32,000 nt of DNA from Candidatus Thorarchaeota archaeon (GTDB lineage Archaea; Asgardarchaeota; Heimdallarchaeia; Hodarchaeales; Hodarchaeaceae), in the NCBI GenBank assembly GCA_048882505.1, contig JBHLRO010000025.1, positions 1 through 32,000 on the forward strand, read 5' to 3'. Below the pieces are notes generated by a model. The model worked only from the letters and a program-made list of their open reading frames with translations, was not told the origin of the DNA and did not search any database. How positions within the stretch are numbered: the first letter of the stretch is position 1; each line of letters opens with the position of its first letter. A program made the translations under genes and the position numbers. Of this stretch, positions 17,337 through 26,366 are shown one piece after another.

Positions 17337-18530
17337 ATGGTTAGCTTTTCTCTTTCCGAGGAACATAAATTATTGCAAGAAAGTGTGAAAGATTTCGTGG
17401 AACGTGAGGTCGTTCCAAAGGTATCCGACTACGATAAACAACAAAAATCGTTATACCCAGAAATCCTCCCCAAAATGGGAGAGCTCGGTCTATTGGGAAT
17501 CTGTATCCCAGAAGCATATGGAGGAGCAGGAATGGATTATTTAGCCCTTGCCTTGGCCTGTGAAGAGCTGGAACGGGTCGATACAGCTTTACGAGTCGTA
17601 ATGTCTGTTCATGTGGCGTTAAACAGCTGTACGCTATACCAATGGGGTACTGAGGACCAAAAGAAAAAATATTTGGTTCCGCAGGCCCAAGGTAAGAAAT
17701 ACGGGATTTATGGCCTTACTGAATCATGTTGTGGATCAGATCCAGCATCCATGCAAACTCATGCTGTAAAGGAAGGAGACGGATATGTTCTTAACGGATC
17801 TAAGAGCTGGATTTCATTGGTAGACGTCGCTGACAACTTCCTGATATTTGCACGTATGGGTCAAGAAAAAGGACACAAAGCCATTGCTGCCTTCATCGTA
17901 GAAAGAGATTTCGGTGGAGTAGAAACGAGAAGTTTTAAGGATAAACTGGGCATACGAACTGGTGACACCGGGGAAATTTTCCTCCAAGATGTCCCCGTCC
18001 CAGCTGAAAATCTCCTTGGTGAGGAGAGTGAAGGTTTTAAGATCGCAATGACCGCTCTGGATAATGGGCGTTTCACTGTGGCTGCAGGTGCCTGTGGAAC
18101 AATCCGTGCCTGCTTAGAGGCCTCCACAGCTTATTGTCACGAACGAAAAGCATTCGGTCAAGAGATAGGTAGGTTCCAATTGATTCAGGAACACATCGCT
18201 GAGATGCAAGCTGGATACGATCAATCTCAACTTTTGGTGTATAAGGCTGCTTGGTTAAAGAATCAAGGAATTCGTAATACTCGTGAAACTGCGATGGCAA
18301 AGTGGCAGGCTACCAACTATGCGTGTGACGCGGCTGACCGTGCGATACAGATCCATGGGGCAAATGGTTATTCAAGTGACTTTTCTGTCGGGCGTTATTG
18401 GCGGAACGCGAGAGCAAATACCATCTTAGAAGGAACCAACGAAGTGCAGAAGTTGATCCAGGGATCTTACGTACTTGGCTATCGTAGAAAGGCCAAATTA
18501 CGTCACGAAATGCCTGCATACCAACCATAA
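17337..18530 (+). CDS. Acyl-CoA dehydrogenase, glutaryl-CoA dehydrogenase (non-decarboxylating)-like (track start 17283)
   Basis: GELGLLG.CIPE.YGG, GLTE..GSD, LNGSKSWIS, KLG, R.AFG..I..FQ, IHGANGY, ILEGTNE (catalytic Glu). The ALRV motif is shared with non-decarboxylating glutaryl-CoA dehydrogenase. Confidence 0.88.
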   Translation: MVSFSLSEEHKLLQESVKDFVEREVVPKVSDYDKQQKSLYPEILPKMGELGLLGICIPEAYGGAGMDYLALALACEELERVDTALRVVMSVHVALNSCTLYQWGTEDQKKKYLVPQAQGKKYGIYGLTESCCGSDPASMQTHAVKEGDGYVLNGSKSWISLVDVADNFLIFARMGQEKGHKAIAAFIVERDFGGVETRSFKDKLGIRTGDTGEIFLQDVPVPAENLLGEESEGFKIAMTALDNGRFTVAAGACGTIRACLEASTAYCHERKAFGQEIGRFQLIQEHIAEMQAGYDQSQLLVYKAAWLKNQGIRNTRETAMAKWQATNYACDAADRAIQIHGANGYSSDFSVGRYWRNARANTILEGTNEVQKLIQGSYVLGYRRKAKLRHEMPAYQP

Positions 18531-18645
18531 AACGACAGAGGTCTATTTTTCGTCCTCTTAGTCTTTTTCTGAAATTTGATTTTTTCTTAAATAGCAGTGG
18601 TATTCTTATGTACTATCATAATATTTTGCTCCATTGTGGTGAGAC

Positions 18646-19605
18646 ATGGCCGAAAGCTCATTGGAGTGGGTATTTCCAGTAATTGCTACCGTGATATGGC
18701 TTCTATTCTTTGGAAGCGTGGTTGAACAATATCTTCGAAAGCGAAAAACCCATCAGCTTGTCTGGGGGATCGCTCTATTGATGGTGGTCGTGGTAATGGG
18801 AGCAGAGGCCTTGAGCTATTTTCTAGGCGAATGGAATCCATGGCTTTATCGAATCTATTATGTTCTAGCAGCTTTTCAGGTAACTATCCTAGGTACTGGA
18901 GTTATCTACTTATTACGCAGTAGAGAATTAATTAATGAGCAGAACACCTTCGGAGGACTTCTCATATTCGGAGGGATCTGGCTAGTATTCGGGATCCCGT
19001 TCACCTTCTTTGTCTCCCCCGTTTTCTTTGTTATAATTCTATTAGCTTTTCTATATATAGGATTGGCTTTGATCTCTTTCTTCACGGAATGGAATACCAG
19101 TGGAACCCAGTTTGCGCATCTCTTCGCGTTGACTAATGTAGTTGTTTTCGGTGTTATGATGGTGAGCGCTTGGAGTTCACCCGTGGACGTGGAAATCCTG
19201 AAATCCCTACTCGGACATCAAATAGGGGGAGCTGGTTGGGAAGAATCAACTATTGTTCGGAGTTTTTCTCCCCTTCTAACAGTACCCGGAGCCTTTGCAC
19301 TTATAGGAGGAGCCCTCTTTTCATATTTTAAGTTGCAACGTTATCTTAAATACAAAACAGGCCATTATAATCCCAAAACTGGAGTTTTCAACCTTTTCTT
19401 GGCGGGCGGATCGCTACTACTAGCAACAAGCGGGGTGTTATTACGATTTGGACTTGCAGGCACGCTACTGCTATATACTGTAAACACCCTAGCAGTAATC
19501 CTGATGTATTTTGGATTTCTTGAGTCAGATAGCATCTCTATGCACAAATTGATAGAGGTGTTAACGTTCCAGTGGCTCCGTAGTTCCGAAACTCAGATTT
19601 CCTGA
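18646..19605 (+). CDS. Uncharacterised polytopic membrane protein (about 8-9 TM)
   Basis: Repeated hydrophobic segments; HQLVWGIAL, W..WLYRIYY, LGTGVIYLL, RSFSPLL. No soluble output domain. Confidence 0.8.
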   Translation: MAESSLEWVFPVIATVIWLLFFGSVVEQYLRKRKTHQLVWGIALLMVVVVMGAEALSYFLGEWNPWLYRIYYVLAAFQVTILGTGVIYLLRSRELINEQNTFGGLLIFGGIWLVFGIPFTFFVSPVFFVIILLAFLYIGLALISFFTEWNTSGTQFAHLFALTNVVVFGVMMVSAWSSPVDVEILKSLLGHQIGGAGWEESTIVRSFSPLLTVPGAFALIGGALFSYFKLQRYLKYKTGHYNPKTGVFNLFLAGGSLLLATSGVLLRFGLAGTLLLYTVNTLAVILMYFGFLESDSISMHKLIEVLTFQWLRSSETQIS

Positions 19606-19630
19606 TTGATTTAAAGAAAAGGAAAAGGGA

Positions 19631-20851
19631 TTACGCTGCGTTCAGGGCTTGGTCAAGGTCTGAAATGAGATCATCCACATTCTCAATACCGACGGATAAC
19701 CGAATAAGGCCATCTGTGATTCCAGCTCTTTCTCTTTGAGTTCGTGGAACCATAGAATGGGTCATTGTGGCTGGATGCTCCACCAAAGTTTCAACCCCTC
19801 CTAATGAAACTGCAAGAGAACAGACACGTAAAGATTCTACAACAGTTCGACCTTTTACGATCCCGCCTTTGACTTCAAATGAAAGCATCCCCCCATAGCC
19901 TCCAACCATCTGTTGAGTTGCCAGTTCGTAGTCTGGATGGGATCTTAACCCAGGATAGAAAACCCGGGCAATCTTTGGGTGGTGTTCCAGGAATTGGGCA
20001 ATTCTCATTGCGTTTTCATTATGGCGCCTGATGCGAACCTCTAATGTCTTGATGCCACGGATTAATAAAAACGCGTCAAACGGAGACAAATTTCCTCCGA
20101 GCAGTTTCAATGAATGATAACACCTCTCGAAAAGGGATTTTGAATTAACCGAAATTGTCCCTGCCAGAATATCCGCATGTCCACCTAGATATTTGGTGGC
20201 CGAATGGACCACAATGTCCATTCCCAATTTAATCGGCTGCTGATTAACTGGTGAGGCAAAAGTGCTATCTACTACTGAGATAGAACCTGTATCCCTTGCG
20301 ATGCGAGCTACCTGTTCAAGATTGGTAAGTTTCATAGTTGGGTTCGCCGGGGTTTCTGCATAAATGACTCTCGTATTCTCCTGAATGGCATCTTTGTATT
20401 CTTTGGTATCTCTACCCTGAATGAATGTTGTTTCAAAACCCATTCGTTTCCCTATGGTAGTAAGAAATTCGTGAGTTCCTCCATAGAGCGAATAGGGGAC
20501 GATAATATGATCACCAGCTTCAAGTAGCGAAACAAAGACAGTTGAGATCGCGGCCATACCTGAGGATGTGATCAACGTTCCATAAGCATATTCCAGGGAA
20601 TTCATGATTCGGGCTGCGATATCAGTTGTCGGATTTCCCCAGCGAGAATAAAACCAGCCTGATCCATCATAGATGCGTTCTCGTGAAAGGTGTGCTCCAT
20701 GGTCAACGGAATCCAAGAGAAAAGTTGATGAAGCAATAATTGGGGGTGTGACCGAGTTGATTGGGCCTCTGATAGGGTAACGTTTGACAACGGTTGTCCC
20801 CAAACCTTCATTAGACCTATCGTTTGTACTTGAACTATCTTTCATCACCAA
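19631..20851 (-). CDS. Cys/Met-metabolism PLP enzyme (methionine gamma-lyase/cystathionine gamma-synthase family)
   Basis: YSRWGNPT, SSGMAAI, LYGGT, ETPANP, VDSTFASP, HSATKYLGGHAD (PLP Lys), AVSLGGVETL, RLSVGIE. Confidence 0.93.
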   Translation of the reverse strand: MVMKDSSSTNDRSNEGLGTTVVKRYPIRGPINSVTPPIIASSTFLLDSVDHGAHLSRERIYDGSGWFYSRWGNPTTDIAARIMNSLEYAYGTLITSSGMAAISTVFVSLLEAGDHIIVPYSLYGGTHEFLTTIGKRMGFETTFIQGRDTKEYKDAIQENTRVIYAETPANPTMKLTNLEQVARIARDTGSISVVDSTFASPVNQQPIKLGMDIVVHSATKYLGGHADILAGTISVNSKSLFERCYHSLKLLGGNLSPFDAFLLIRGIKTLEVRIRRHNENAMRIAQFLEHHPKIARVFYPGLRSHPDYELATQQMVGGYGGMLSFEVKGGIVKGRTVVESLRVCSLAVSLGGVETLVEHPATMTHSMVPRTQRERAGITDGLIRLSVGIENVDDLISDLDQALNAA

Positions 20852-21119
20852 AACCTCACGTGATTGATTCTTAGAACTGATTCAAGATTGAATCGTTTCG
20901 AACCAAATAAAGGAGTCAATTTTCTTACACACCTTGTAAAGGCCCTTCCTCTGGCCAAAAATACTTTGTTAAATCCTAAACCGAATCTTTCCACCTCATT
21001 CTCCCTGAGCTTCAAAAAGATTGTGAGAGCTGCGCGTGTCTGCAGTTTGTGGTAAAAGCCCTCTAATTATGAAAATTCTCTTTGATAAACGAACATTCAC
21101 GAGGCATTAGTTTGCCAGG

Positions 21120-22343
21120 TTACATTCGTAATCCGCCGTCTACTTGAACAACTGATCCAGTCATATAATCTGAGTCTGAGGATGCAAGGAAAACTGCAAT
21201 TTTGGCGACATCATTTGGATATCCAATGCGCATTTGGGGAATCTGAGCGATTGTTTGTTCTTTGTAAACGCTGGGAGTGTTCGCTGTCATGGTTGTTTCA
21301 ATATAGCCCGGCATAATGCAGTTAACATTAACTTTATAACGGGCTAACTCTCGTGCCGCCGTTTTTGATAGAGCAATAATGCCCCATTTAGATGCTGCAT
21401 ACGCAGCCTGTCCGACATTTCCGTATTTAGCGGCGGTGGATGTGAAATTGATAATTTTTCCTCCAAGCGGCCTTTTTGCCATGAAATGAGGTGAGATTGC
21501 TCGGATACAATTGAAAGTGCCCTTTAGATTTATGTCCACAACTGTATTCCACAATTCGTCGGTCATTTTACTGATCAAGGCACTTCGACTGATGCCCGCA
21601 TTATTTACAAGGATATCTATCTGGTTGAAAGTTTCCAAAGCTATCTTGATCAGTCGGGCAACGCTATCCACATCGGATACATCACATTGAACCGGAAGGC
21701 CTTGAGAGCTTAGGTTTTGAATCTCTTCGACCAGGGAATCAAGATCAGACTTAGTTCGTGCAGCGCAAACAACTTTCGCTCCCTCCCGCGCATATTCTAA
21801 TGCAATTTCGCGGCCTATTCCTTTTCCTGCACCAGTGATAATCGCAATTTTGCCATCTAACCGCTGACGCGATTTTACTGAATCCTCATCTTTTTTTTTC
21901 TCTTTTTCTTCCGCTGCAGTTAGTATAATATCGCCACGTAACAGCTTGTAGACTACACGATCGCCTTCGATGACTTCCGCTTCAACTTTCACCTTCTCTC
22001 CAATCTTGAGATTTTCAGAGTTAGAAGCTCCACTCCATGTCACTAGCCTACCCCCTTCTTTTAGTTTAACCACGACGTTCGTATAAGGTGCAAAGCGTTC
22101 AAATCCAGCAGGTGGGACATATACCTCCGAAAAACTCAAAATTTCACCTTCTCCCGACAACTCGATATGTTCCATGAATTCGTTGGTTAGACATTTTGCT
22201 GTACAGTAAGCTCTTGGGGGGTAATAGAGAGTTCCACACTTTTTACACTTGGTTCCTTCCAGCACATTTTGCCGTAACTTACTGATGAATCTATCGCCAA
22301 TCTTTGACTGAGAAACATAGTCACGATATCCAAAGGACTTCAT
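21120..22343 (-). CDS. Fusion: DUF35 Zn-ribbon/OB-fold (thiolase partner) plus FabG-like SDR
   Basis: aa 1-135: CKKC...YYPPRAYCTAKC and OB strands. Charged linker AEEKEKKKDED. aa 161-407: TGAGKGIG, NNAG, GQAAYAASK, VDGG. Confidence 0.9.
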   Translation of the reverse strand: MKSFGYRDYVSQSKIGDRFISKLRQNVLEGTKCKKCGTLYYPPRAYCTAKCLTNEFMEHIELSGEGEILSFSEVYVPPAGFERFAPYTNVVVKLKEGGRLVTWSGASNSENLKIGEKVKVEAEVIEGDRVVYKLLRGDIILTAAEEKEKKKDEDSVKSRQRLDGKIAIITGAGKGIGREIALEYAREGAKVVCAARTKSDLDSLVEEIQNLSSQGLPVQCDVSDVDSVARLIKIALETFNQIDILVNNAGISRSALISKMTDELWNTVVDINLKGTFNCIRAISPHFMAKRPLGGKIINFTSTAAKYGNVGQAAYAASKWGIIALSKTAARELARYKVNVNCIMPGYIETTMTANTPSVYKEQTIAQIPQMRIGYPNDVAKIAVFLASSDSDYMTGSVVQVDGGLRM

Positions 22344-22352
22344 GTCTCATCA

Positions 22353-23504
22353 TCACCGGGAGAAGACGTGAACAACACAGTATTGGCCATGCCCACCAAC
22401 ATTATGTGTTAGGCCGATCTCAGCCCCATCAACTTGGCTTTTTCCGGCCTCACCTCGTAATTGTTTAACCACACCCACCACTTGGGATGCACCTGTTGCG
22501 CCTACAGGATGGCCTTTGGCCTTTAAGCCTCCGTCGACATTTATTGGGATTTTACCCCCGATATAAGTTTCTCCTTCTTCGATGAATCTTCCACCTTCTC
22601 CTCTTTCTGTAAATCCGAGATCCTCATACGCCATAATTTCAGCTATAGTAAAGCAGTCGTGGACGGCTGCAACATCAATTTTTTTAGGCTCCATCTTGGA
22701 TTGGAGATATGCCTGCCGGGACGCTTCCACCGCACTACTTAAATTGCTTAATTCGGGGCGAGTAAGCAAACTAAAAGGAGCAGTGGCTGCTCCAAGTCCT
22801 TCGATCCAGACAGGCGTATCAGAGAGATGTTTTGCTTTCTCTTCATTGACAACTACCAATGCAGCAGCCCCGTCAGCATTGGCGCAACAGTCAAACAGAC
22901 GCAGGGGCGATGCAATCATTCGAGATTCCAGCGCCTTTTCAATAGTAATTTCCTTCTGGAACATCGCCATCTTATTCATAGCTCCATAGTGGTGATTTTT
23001 TACCGCGACAGCCGCCATCTGTTCTGAAGTAGTACCGAATTTAGACATGTGTGCATTTGCGTACATGGCGTAATAGTTGGCAAAAGTAGTACCAAAAGGA
23101 GCCTCCCACTGAACATCACCAGTTCTTCCCATTATTTTAAGAATCTCTGAAGTGGGATTTTCCAGCATTTTCTGAACACCTAGAACCAAAACGATGTCAT
23201 GCATGTTTGCTTTGATGAGAGCATATGCAGACCTTAATGCTGCAGCAGAGCTGCTACAAGCGGCTTCCGTGAGCCATACAGGCTGGGGATTTAATCCTAA
23301 ATACTCAGTAATGGGTCCTGCGATACTTCTTTGGGTCATGTAGACCGGACTTGCTCCTATGATGGTTGCGTCAATGTCTTTTTGCGTAATATTTGCATCC
23401 AAAAGGGCTTCAGCAAAAGGTTCGAAAGCCAACTCTTGAACTGAAACATCATCACGTCGGCCAAACCGACTATTTCCAATTCCAATTATTCCAACTTTGG
23501 TCAA
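22353..23504 (-). CDS. Archaeal-type thiolase (acetyl-CoA C-acyltransferase)
   Basis: EAACSSS (catalytic Cys), DGAAA, VHDCFTIAE, GGLKAKGHPVGATG, HNVGG. Stop is 9 nt from the DUF35 gene. Confidence 0.93.
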   Translation of the reverse strand: MTKVGIIGIGNSRFGRRDDVSVQELAFEPFAEALLDANITQKDIDATIIGASPVYMTQRSIAGPITEYLGLNPQPVWLTEAACSSSAAALRSAYALIKANMHDIVLVLGVQKMLENPTSEILKIMGRTGDVQWEAPFGTTFANYYAMYANAHMSKFGTTSEQMAAVAVKNHHYGAMNKMAMFQKEITIEKALESRMIASPLRLFDCCANADGAAALVVVNEEKAKHLSDTPVWIEGLGAATAPFSLLTRPELSNLSSAVEASRQAYLQSKMEPKKIDVAAVHDCFTIAEIMAYEDLGFTERGEGGRFIEEGETYIGGKIPINVDGGLKAKGHPVGATGASQVVGVVKQLRGEAGKSQVDGAEIGLTHNVGGHGQYCVVHVFSR

Positions 23505-23533
23505 TGATTTAGGCTCCAGAAATGTTTAGATTG

Positions 23534-24580
23534 TCATTTTTGGCATAGCACAATTGTTCGAACTCCTTCACCTCTTCTCATGACATCAAACGCTTCATTG
23601 ATTTCCGAAAGAGGGTACTTTCCAGTAACAAGTGGTTTAACCACAATTCTTTTATTTTGAACCAATTTAATAATGCGAGGATAGTCAACCGTGCGACATC
23701 CCAATGATCCCATGATTTCCATTTCACGAAACATGACTCTTCCTATATCAAAGCCATCCCATCTTTTATGTGAATACCCTACTGCAACCAATCGTCCTCC
23801 AGTCCTTAAGCTGTTGAAGGCCTGTTTCATGGTCACAGGGTTGCCAATGCACTCAAAAGCAACATCTGCACCTCCACCAGTAATCTTGCGAATTGCTCCA
23901 ACGATTGCACGGTCATCCAGATCGGCCGCTGATAAAATCTCAACTGCCCCAAGTTGTTTTGCGATTTCCAGTTTTTTTGGAATGATGTCCACTGCAATTG
24001 CCAATCCGCCAGCCACCTTAATGTTTTGAACCGTGTTTAGGCCTATTCCCCCACATCCGATGACAACAGCCCAGTCTCCTGGGCGGATCTGTCCACGATT
24101 CTTTACCGCATGATATGGAGTGGAAACAGCATCTGATATGATGCAACCCTCTTCTAATGGGATTTCGCCAGGTAAGGCGAAAATATCTTTGGCTGGGACC
24201 ATAATCTTTTCAGCAAATCCCCCATCCACATTGGAACCAAAAAACGTTTGATTCGTACAAATGTTCTCACGACCAGTCCTACAGTAAAAGCAATTCCCAC
24301 ACGAAATAACCGCAGGAACAAGCACGTGATCTCCTTGTTTAAAAGCGGTGACATCTTCGCTAGTTTCACGAACAATTCCTGACATTTCATGTCCCAAAAC
24401 CAACGGAGGGGATTTACCTGTCGGAACGCCATGATCTAGAAATCCAATATCAGTGTGACAAACCCCACAAGCCGTTATGTCAATGATTGCTTTTCCTGAA
24501 GAGTCACCGAGGTCCGGCGATGGATAGCTTCCATTCAATTTCAAAGGAGCCTTTACCTGTTCAAATATAGCTGCACGCAT
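23534..24580 (-). CDS. had: Zn-dependent dehydrogenase, 6-hydroxycyclohex-1-ene-1-carbonyl-CoA dehydrogenase-like (track start 24601)
   Basis: MDR motifs CGVCHTD, LGHE, CGNCFYC...C, GCGGIG. The GVPTGKSPPLVLGHE, PAVISCG and GSLGC...YP segments match remembered Had/BamQ-type sequences. Confidence 0.72.
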   Translation of the reverse strand: MRAAIFEQVKAPLKLNGSYPSPDLGDSSGKAIIDITACGVCHTDIGFLDHGVPTGKSPPLVLGHEMSGIVRETSEDVTAFKQGDHVLVPAVISCGNCFYCRTGRENICTNQTFFGSNVDGGFAEKIMVPAKDIFALPGEIPLEEGCIISDAVSTPYHAVKNRGQIRPGDWAVVIGCGGIGLNTVQNIKVAGGLAIAVDIIPKKLEIAKQLGAVEILSAADLDDRAIVGAIRKITGGGADVAFECIGNPVTMKQAFNSLRTGGRLVAVGYSHKRWDGFDIGRVMFREMEIMGSLGCRTVDYPRIIKLVQNKRIVVKPLVTGKYPLSEINEAFDVMRRGEGVRTIVLCQK

Positions 24581-24702
24581 CGGAACCACTTGTTGAAACA
24601 AGAAAATCCTGCTGATTTTTAATTGTTCCTGCTAATCTGGTTACATAATAAGTACAGGATTTTACTGAGATGGTTTACTCCCGTTTACTCTTCATGCGGC
24701 GT

Positions 24703-25374
24703 TTAGAGAAAGACCCCAATTTCGGATAACGATTTTTTCTCTATATTTGGAACCATCGCATCTTCATGGGGATATCCTACTGGCATAAGGACATATGGTT
24801 TTTCATTGGGAGGTCGATTGAGCAGTGTTTTTAGAACTTTTATGGGTGCCGGAGTATGAGTGACCGTGACCAGGCCTACATTATGGATCGCCATAATAAG
24901 CATCCCTATAGCAATTCCGACGCTTTCCTTGACATAGTAATGCGGGAGTTTTTGCATATTTTCACCAAATGCATAATCTTGGCGAAAAACTACTATTAGG
25001 TAAGGAGCCTCTGTTAAATAAGGTTTTTCCCAATTAGTGGCTAGAGGGGCTAGGGCTTCTCGTTGTGCATCCGAAATACGGGACTCGTAGAATTCCTTTT
25101 CTACTGCTTCTACCGCTACTCGAATTCGGGATTTTATTGAAAGATCGTTAACTACGACGAAGGTCCATGGCTGTTTATTGGCCCCCGAGGGAGCAGTACC
25201 CGCGGTCTTGACAATAGTTTCGATTATTTTTCGGGGTACTGGCTTGGTTGAAAATTTCCTAACAGTTCTCCGCGTTCGAGCCCATTCGTAGAATTCTGTG
25301 GAGCGAAAATCCATTTCATCGGAAGAATAAGTTTTGGGTCTGTATGGGACGAATTCTTTGCTCATTGTAACCAA
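24703..25374 (-). CDS. Iodotyrosine deiodinase-like flavoprotein (nitroreductase superfamily)
   Basis: RRTVRKF, TAPSGANKQPW, lid E-K-E-F-Y (Glu/Tyr pair), NWEKPYL (Lys), ESVGIA, THTP, RP.NE....PVGYP. Confidence 0.85.
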   Translation of the reverse strand: MVTMSKEFVPYRPKTYSSDEMDFRSTEFYEWARTRRTVRKFSTKPVPRKIIETIVKTAGTAPSGANKQPWTFVVVNDLSIKSRIRVAVEAVEKEFYESRISDAQREALAPLATNWEKPYLTEAPYLIVVFRQDYAFGENMQKLPHYYVKESVGIAIGMLIMAIHNVGLVTVTHTPAPIKVLKTLLNRPPNEKPYVLMPVGYPHEDAMVPNIEKKSLSEIGVFL

Positions 25375-25600
25375 CTACTTCGTGGTGCCCTTTGGCCAAG
25401 AAAATGGTTTTTGGACACCGCTGATAATACCGATAGTACACACAACTGATAATATCTTTATAATCCTTGAGATGCTCGCAGCAATGAAATAAACTTTTTA
25501 GATCAATGGAATACACGTATACGGGACCTTATCATTCATTAATTTCCAAAGCACATTTCAATTAACATTAAATATTACTACCTCAAAATGGCAATTACAT

Positions 25601-26332
25601 ATGTTGTTGGACACGCTGAGCTTCAGAATCGTAAAAGGGGTCGTTTGGACCAAATTTGATGAAGAAATGGGCCCTGTTCCTGTGGCCTGGGTACCTGATA
25701 CCCTTTCTGAAGAAATTTTGTTTAGCGTCTCTCTCCGTGGAATGTCTGTCTTCTCAAGTCGTCCTTCCAACATATCGTATGCAAAAATGATTGCTACACT
25801 TCCTTTTCCAGAATATGAGTTCTTTTCTATCTCTACAGTCCTTTATGAAGTCTCAGAGTCTCTCAGGGGCGGATTTGATATAAATCTGGTGACGGTTTTA
25901 ATCCCCCAACTGATAGTGGAAAATGCATGGCTGGATATACGTCAAATTCAAGGGATTTTTAGGAAGTATTTTGCTCCCTGGGATGGCAGACCAGTTAACG
26001 ATAAAGAAAAAATCATCACAGGGGTTGCTTTGGCCATTGATGACATTTTGTGTCGTAAATTCGAGATGATCGAAGAGGGAGAAAAGGTTAGAGATCAGCT
26101 AAACAATTATCTTGAGTCCTACCTTGTAACCTCCCGTGAAGAAAACGATCAACAGCTTATCAAGACACGAGTAAAAACATTGATTCAATCGTTGGACCGA
26201 GTACTAATAGCGGGGGATCATGAACGAATTCAAGAGGCCCTAGACCAACTGAACTATATCTTGAATGAGGGATTTGAGGATGAACTAATCATTGCTTACC
26301 AGGGTGCCTTTAGCCACTTTTTACAAATATAA
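25601..26332 (+). CDS. uDENN/longin-like domain protein with helical C-terminus (Asgard type)
   Basis: First strand VVWTKFDEEMGP (FD..xGP motif), LPFPE, LRGG followed by a hydrophobic strand, then a predicted helical region. Confidence 0.65.
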   Translation: MLLDTLSFRIVKGVVWTKFDEEMGPVPVAWVPDTLSEEILFSVSLRGMSVFSSRPSNISYAKMIATLPFPEYEFFSISTVLYEVSESLRGGFDINLVTVLIPQLIVENAWLDIRQIQGIFRKYFAPWDGRPVNDKEKIITGVALAIDDILCRKFEMIEEGEKVRDQLNNYLESYLVTSREENDQQLIKTRVKTLIQSLDRVLIAGDHERIQEALDQLNYILNEGFEDELIIAYQGAFSHFLQI

Positions 26333-26366
26333 ACCACGAATTAGGTTTCGTCAATCCAATCCATGA

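Noticed and set aside
21891-21899. A9 homopolymer in the DUF35-SDR linker as evidence of an artefactual fusion
   Set aside because: The frame is continuous and no in-frame ATG/GTG/TTG lies between the run and the SDR Rossmann motif, so a separate SDR gene is unlikely; a read check is still advised.
22097-22110. GTTCAAATCC resembling a tRNA T-loop
   Set aside because: Lies inside the DUF35 coding region with no cloverleaf context.
24603-24619. AAAATC-ctgct-GATTTT palindrome upstream of had
   Set aside because: Only 6-bp AT-rich arms, and not repeated upstream of dch or the dehydrogenase.
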